Assembly (NCBI GenBank): GCA_003670475.1
Contig: QWRJ01000004.1
Coordinates: 622-64,621, forward strand
From: Candidatus Limnocylindrus sp. ZSMar2m-chloro-G89
GTDB taxonomy: Bacteria; Chloroflexota; Limnocylindria; Limnocylindrales; Limnocylindraceae
Length of the DNA: 64,000 nt
Reading direction: 5' to 3'
In this document: positions 61,784 to 64,000 of the stretch, piece by piece
How the letters are laid out: each line of letters starts with the position of its first letter
How positions within the stretch are numbered: the first letter of the stretch is position 1
The notes under the pieces: generated by a model
What the model was told of the DNA's origin: nothing
Database searches by the model: none
Seen by the model: the letters and a program-made list of their open reading frames with translations, nothing else
Translations under genes and position numbers: made by a program

Positions 61784-62542
61784 ATGAGGATGAGCAACGA
61801 GCAAGAGCCTGGTCGCGTTGAGAACGAGATCAACGAGATCCTCGCACGCACATCAAGCGAAACGAGCGGGCCTGCGGCGCAGCAGGGTGCGCGCGATCCT
61901 CTTGATCGTGAGCTTCGCTCCATCAAGGAGATCATCGTCCGGATGGGGAGCCTCGCCGAAGTGGCGATCCGTGATGCGCTAAAGGCGCTCACAACCCATG
62001 ACGCTGAACTCGCAGAGAGGATCATCGTCGGCGATCGAGCGATCAACGCCATGCAGCATGAGGTGATCTCAGCAATTACCACAACGATCGCTACGCAGAG
62101 CCCAGTTGCGCGCGACCTGCGCAACCTCCTCACCATGAATCACGTTGCGTACGAACTGGAGCGCATCGCCGACCATGCCTCGTCGGTGGCGAAGGTGGCG
62201 AAGCAGCTGGCACCAGAGCCAGCCCTGCAGCGCTATCTGCACCTCCCGGAGATCGGTGAGCTTGCCGCAGCGCAACTCCATGGCGTGCTCCTCGCCCTCG
62301 TTGACGCGGACGCAGTCCGTGCGCGCGAAGTTGCCGTGAGCGACGACCAGATTGATGCGCTCTATCGACAGTCGTTTGATGAGTGCGTCGCCCTCATGGA
62401 GGCCGACAAGGCGAATGTGGAGCGCGGCACGCGCCTCCTCTTCGCTGCGCACTACCTTGAGCGCATCGGCGACCGCACCACCAACATCGCCGAAGATATT
62501 GTGTACCTCGTCTCTGGCGAGGTGGAAGACCTGAATCCGTGA
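61784..62542 (+). CDS. phoU: phosphate signalling complex protein PhoU
   Basis: It shows the duplicated PhoU repeat: AYELERIADHASSVAK and AHYLERIGDRTTNIAEDIVY. Confidence 0.9.
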   Translation: MRMSNEQEPGRVENEINEILARTSSETSGPAAQQGARDPLDRELRSIKEIIVRMGSLAEVAIRDALKALTTHDAELAERIIVGDRAINAMQHEVISAITTTIATQSPVARDLRNLLTMNHVAYELERIADHASSVAKVAKQLAPEPALQRYLHLPEIGELAAAQLHGVLLALVDADAVRAREVAVSDDQIDALYRQSFDECVALMEADKANVERGTRLLFAAHYLERIGDRTTNIAEDIVYLVSGEVEDLNP

Positions 62543-63057
62543 GCGCAGCGGAGGCACAGAGCGCAGCGCGAACCCTCTACCTGGTCCGGCACGCCGATGC
62601 TGGAGACCCTGCAGAGTGGATTGGTCCAGACGCAGAGCGGCCACTCAGCGGAAAAGGTGTCAAGCAGGTTGCTAGACTCGCCGCAACGCTCCTCGCCGCT
62701 GAGACGCGCTTTGATGCGATCCGTCACTCCCCTGCACGTCGCTGCGTAGAAACCGCAACGGTGCTCTCCGCAGCACTTGAGGTTGAGACTACGACAGATG
62801 ATCGACTGGCGAACGGACCAACACTCTCTGACCTTGATCGGATGTTTGATCGAAAGGGAGTCCATCGACTCGCACTCGTTGGCCATGAGCCAAGCCTTAG
62901 CAAGATCCTCGTTGAGCTTACTGGCGTATCCGGGATCGCCGTTGAGAAGGGTGCGCTGATCAGAATTGACCTTCCAAACGGTGTTGCTGCTGGCGCTGGG
63001 CGCCTGATCAGTGTTGCGCCACCTTCGCTGCTCCGCGCACCGAAGGACGAGCGCTAG
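62539..63057 (+). CDS. sixA: SixA-type histidine phosphatase
   Basis: The motifs LYLVRHADAG, SPARRCVETA and LVGHEP are present. It overlaps the phoU stop by 4 nt. Confidence 0.8.
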   Translation: MSAAEAQSAARTLYLVRHADAGDPAEWIGPDAERPLSGKGVKQVARLAATLLAAETRFDAIRHSPARRCVETATVLSAALEVETTTDDRLANGPTLSDLDRMFDRKGVHRLALVGHEPSLSKILVELTGVSGIAVEKGALIRIDLPNGVAAGAGRLISVAPPSLLRAPKDER

Positions 63058-63743
63058 AGCGCCTCTCCCTCCACGCAAGCGGCGGTGAGTCCAGGATGCG
63101 CGAGGTGCTCCCGATCCGCGCGTAAGCGCAGCGTCCAGGTTGCAAGCTCAAGCCCCGCCGCTCTCACCTCGCGTGCGAGATCCGTCGCGAGCAGCCCCTT
63201 CTCAACTGAGAGGCCGCTCACGCCAAGGGCGAGTGCTTGATCGAGCAGGCTCGGCGTCACCTGCTCCACATTGAGCCAGAGTGGCCAGTTCGGAGCGCGT
63301 TCGCGAATCTTCCGCAGAACGTCCACATCAAAGCTGGAGAAGGTCACCCCATCTGCACCCTCGCCGCGCAGTTCACGAATCAGAGAGAAGAGCTTATCCC
63401 CTGGAGCCTCTTTCACCTCAACGTCGAGTAGGAGATCTGCGGGGAGTACGGCGAGTGCTTCGCGCAGTAACGGCACGCCGAGCGCACTCAGCGTCTCGCT
63501 GGAGAGCTCGCTAGCTGCACGCGGATCACCATATGTCCGGCGCAGCGTGGCGTCGTGCAAGATACATGGCACGCCATCCGCTGAGAAGCGAACGTCAAAC
63601 TCCACGCCATCAAGTCCTGATCCAGCAACCGCCGCCAACGCCGCAAGCGAGTTCTCTTTCAGGTCGCCATGAAGTCCGCGATGTGCAAGGAGAGCAGGGC
63701 GACCGAGCTGCTCAGCTGCACCACCGATCGGTGAGCGACGCAT
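63054..63743 (-). CDS. glycerophosphodiester phosphodiesterase
   Basis: LLAHRGLHGDLKENSLAAL...GVEFDVRFSADGVPCILHD matches the GDPD HR...EN...E.D motifs. Confidence 0.85.
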   Translation of the reverse strand: MRRSPIGGAAEQLGRPALLAHRGLHGDLKENSLAALAAVAGSGLDGVEFDVRFSADGVPCILHDATLRRTYGDPRAASELSSETLSALGVPLLREALAVLPADLLLDVEVKEAPGDKLFSLIRELRGEGADGVTFSSFDVDVLRKIRERAPNWPLWLNVEQVTPSLLDQALALGVSGLSVEKGLLATDLAREVRAAGLELATWTLRLRADREHLAHPGLTAACVEGEAL

Positions 63744-63751
63744 TCGCTTGA

Positions 63752-64000
63752 TCAGCGCGGTGGCAGACTGTCCATAGCGCCACTCATCGGGAGGAGAATC
63801 GTGAAGGTGGTCCCCACACCAATCGCAGAGTCCACTTCAATTGATCCACCGTGGCGCAGCACCGCGTGTCGAGCGATTGCAAGGCCGAGGCCTGTTCCCG
63901 CGCCACCAACCGATGCTTGCTCACCAGCGATACGTTCAACGGTGTAGAAACGTTCGAAGATGCGCGGGAGGTGGCGTCGCTCAATGCCGATCCCTTGATC
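63752..64000 (-). CDS. sensor histidine kinase, C-terminal HATPase fragment (PhoR/SenX3-like by context); 5' end lies outside the window
   Basis: My reverse translation reads DQGIGIERRHLPRIFERFY...GTGLGLAIARHAVLRHGGSIEV, giving the G1, F and G2 boxes. The stop is at 63752-63754. Confidence 0.8.
   Translation of the reverse strand, partial: DQGIGIERRHLPRIFERFYTVERIAGEQASVGGAGTGLGLAIARHAVLRHGGSIEVDSAIGVGTTFTILLPMSGAMDSLPPR

Noticed and set aside
63784-63984. The track lists a 66-aa ORF on the minus strand at the right edge of the window.
   Set aside because: It is in the wrong frame. The frame ending at 63752 encodes clear HATPase G1/F/G2 boxes and runs off the window.
1-64000. I scanned the window for CRISPR arrays, IS elements, toxin-antitoxin pairs, restriction-modification genes and other recognisable defence genes.
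   Set aside because: I noticed no regularly spaced repeats, no transposase or recombinase motifs, and no nuclease, methylase or ATPase defence signatures on either strand.

Overview
This is a dense, high-GC bacterial chromosome segment, roughly two-thirds G+C by hand counts of a few 60-nt lines. I call about 68 protein genes and 3 tRNA genes: Lys-CUU, Arg-UCU and Glu-CUC, all on the minus strand with CCA encoded. I see no rRNA, CRISPR array, transposase, integrase or phage-like gene. All functions come from motifs I recognise in the translations. No HMM or BLAST search was possible.

Gene content is mainly core metabolism:
- an M16 peptidase pair and rhomboid operon, carA-carB, and a B12-binding MCM subunit with MeaB
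- trxA and trxB, a UbiA-type prenyltransferase with a CrtI/CrtD-like desaturase, an NCS2 purine permease and PTS enzyme I
- an acyl-ACP desaturase, a DUF1015 protein, lpd-lipA with an adenosine-deaminase-family gene, plsY and ppc
- a MutY-like glycosylase, an aldehyde dehydrogenase, and fumC-pfk followed by a histidine-phosphatase/DUF3090/SCO1664-like triad
- an FTR1 permease fused operonically to a NitT/TauT-type ABC importer, and aceE
- an F420 block: LLM oxidoreductase, PPOX-class protein, Fgd-family protein, cofD and a fused cofC-cofE
- a phosphate/polyphosphate block: DUF971-ppk1-CYTH, ppx, phoU, sixA, a GDPD and a PhoR-like kinase fragment

Gene content and many leaderless promoters (TANNNT 6-7 nt before the start codon) suggest an Actinomycetota-like or related Terrabacteria lineage. 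I cannot place it further.

I do not see a clear-cut novel defence or mobile system. The best candidates for undescribed biology, all hypotheses, are:
1. a 1.5-kb low-GC two-gene membrane cassette (17.4-18.9 kb) whose secreted protein would mature to an N-terminal histidine
2. the uncharacterised phosphatase/DUF3090/kinase-like triad, translationally chained to fumC-pfk
3. the tightly coupled DUF971-ppk1-CYTH unit
4. a CofC-CofE fusion that lacks the FbiB-type reductase domain
5. an FTR1 permease co-operonic with an NMT1/THI5-like ABC importer, behind a perfect palindrome
6. an unusually long structured leader upstream of the purine permease
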